Of a stretch of DNA of 64,000 nt, positions 62,730 through 64,000 are shown piece by piece. The notes under the pieces were generated by a model. The model worked only from the letters and a program-made list of their open reading frames with translations, ran no database searches and was not told the DNA's origin. Position 1 is the stretch's first letter. Every line of letters starts with the position of its first letter. Made by a program: the position numbers and the translations under genes. This DNA comes from Octopus sinensis (Eukaryota), in assembly GCF_006345805.1 (NCBI RefSeq), contig NW_021832565.1:62001-126000 (forward strand), read 5' to 3'.

Positions 62730-64000
62730 ATTGTTATTGTCATCATCATCGTCGCCGCCGTTGTCATCATCTCACCAGCCTCATCCTTGTCATCATCATC
62801 TTTTACTTCATTATCATCATCATCATCACATCATCATCTCTTCTTTTCCTTCCTCTCTTCCCTCTTCTTCTTCTTCTTCTCTACCCTTCCCCCTTCTCTA
62901 CCACTTCTTCTCCTTCTCTCGCCCTCCTCTTTTCTCTTCTAACTCCACTCTCCTCCTTCATCTTCTTCTTCTTCTTCTTCTTCTACTACAGAGAGAGGGA
63001 GATAGATACATAATTTAACTTTCACTTTTCCTTTTTACCTTCAATTCTTTGTCCCCCCCCCATTTCTTTCCTCTACATCACGTTAATTTATTTCTTTACA
63101 TCTTACCCTTTCTTTTCTCTATTCTCACTTATTCTTTCTTTTCATCTTCTTCTTCCTGTATTCTTCAAACATCTGTGATTTCCTTCTTTTTCCCTTCACT
63201 GGAGATTTTACTCTCTCCTCAATTTTCTTCCTTGTAAATGCTATATTTCTGATGTCCTCACTTCCTAGATCTCCCCAACTCTAGTTCTTTCTCTTTCTCT
63301 CTGTATCTATCCCCTCTGTCTGTATTTATCCCTCTCTCTCTCTCTCTGTATCTCTCCACATTTCTATCATTCCTTCTTTCTCAGTATTTATGTCCCTCTC
63401 TCTGTATCTATCCCTTTCTCTCTGTGTCTATCACCCTCTCTCTCTCTCTCTCTCTCTCTGTATCTATCCCCCTCTCTCCGTATCTATCCCTCTCTCCTCT
63501 CCCTGTATCTCACCCCCTCTCTCTGAATCTCAACCCACTCTCTGTTTCCCTCCCCTTTCTCTCTGTATTCATCCCCCTCTTTGTATCTCACCCCCTCTCT
63601 AGTAGCCATCTCCCTCTCTCTATATCTACCCTCTCTCTCTCTCTCTGTATCTCTTCCCTCTTTCTATATCTACCCCCTCTCTTTGTATCTCTCCCTCTCT
63701 CTCTGTAGCTTGCCTGTCTCTGTATCTATTTCTCTCTCCCTCTCTCTGTATTTAGCCCGTCTTTCTCTCCCTCTCCCTCCTCTCTCTCTTCCCATATGAC
63801 TTCTGATTCTGTTTCTTCCTTCAGACCCTTTCTCAGCCTCTCCTCTTCTACTCCTTAAATCCATGGTCTCCCTCTACCTTCCACACTAATATATTTTGGC
63901 TCTCTTTAAATGGCATCTGATTTTCTTTGCTACCTCACTTCATCCACATGCTTCTCCTCTCCTTGCTCATCTTCCACTACCCCTTCTTTTTCTTCCTCTT
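62730..64000. repeat. Polypyrimidine low-complexity tract (TCA/TCT triplets, then CT-rich)
   Basis: Direct observation; strong purine/pyrimidine strand asymmetry over ~1.2 kb. Confidence 0.95.

Overview
AT-rich, microsatellite-dense eukaryotic DNA. The SINE families and repeat texture suggest a cephalopod, probably Octopus (inference). No host gene could be supported, and nearly all ORFs in the supplied track are microsatellite or SINE artefacts. The dominant feature is a near full-length CR1-group LINE (~48678-53090, +). It has a 5' tandem monomer array, an intact ORF1 with a Myb/SANT-like trihelix domain plus a CCCH zinc finger, an APE-RT ORF2 broken by one nonsense codon and two frameshifts, and an (AATC)n tail. 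Its 3' stem-loop is shared, with compensatory changes, by the commonest SINE in the window. Also present are four recurring SINE/retroposon families, relics of Tc1/mariner, RTE, CR1 and possibly Penelope elements, and two copies of a Helitron-like element. The most unusual signals are several minimal type-I hammerhead ribozyme motifs, arranged either in inverted-repeat pairs (7039-7080; 55437-56345) or as a direct 234-bp tandem (4453/4687), and a series of long fold-back hairpins. Coordinates were read by eye and may be off by a few bases at element edges.
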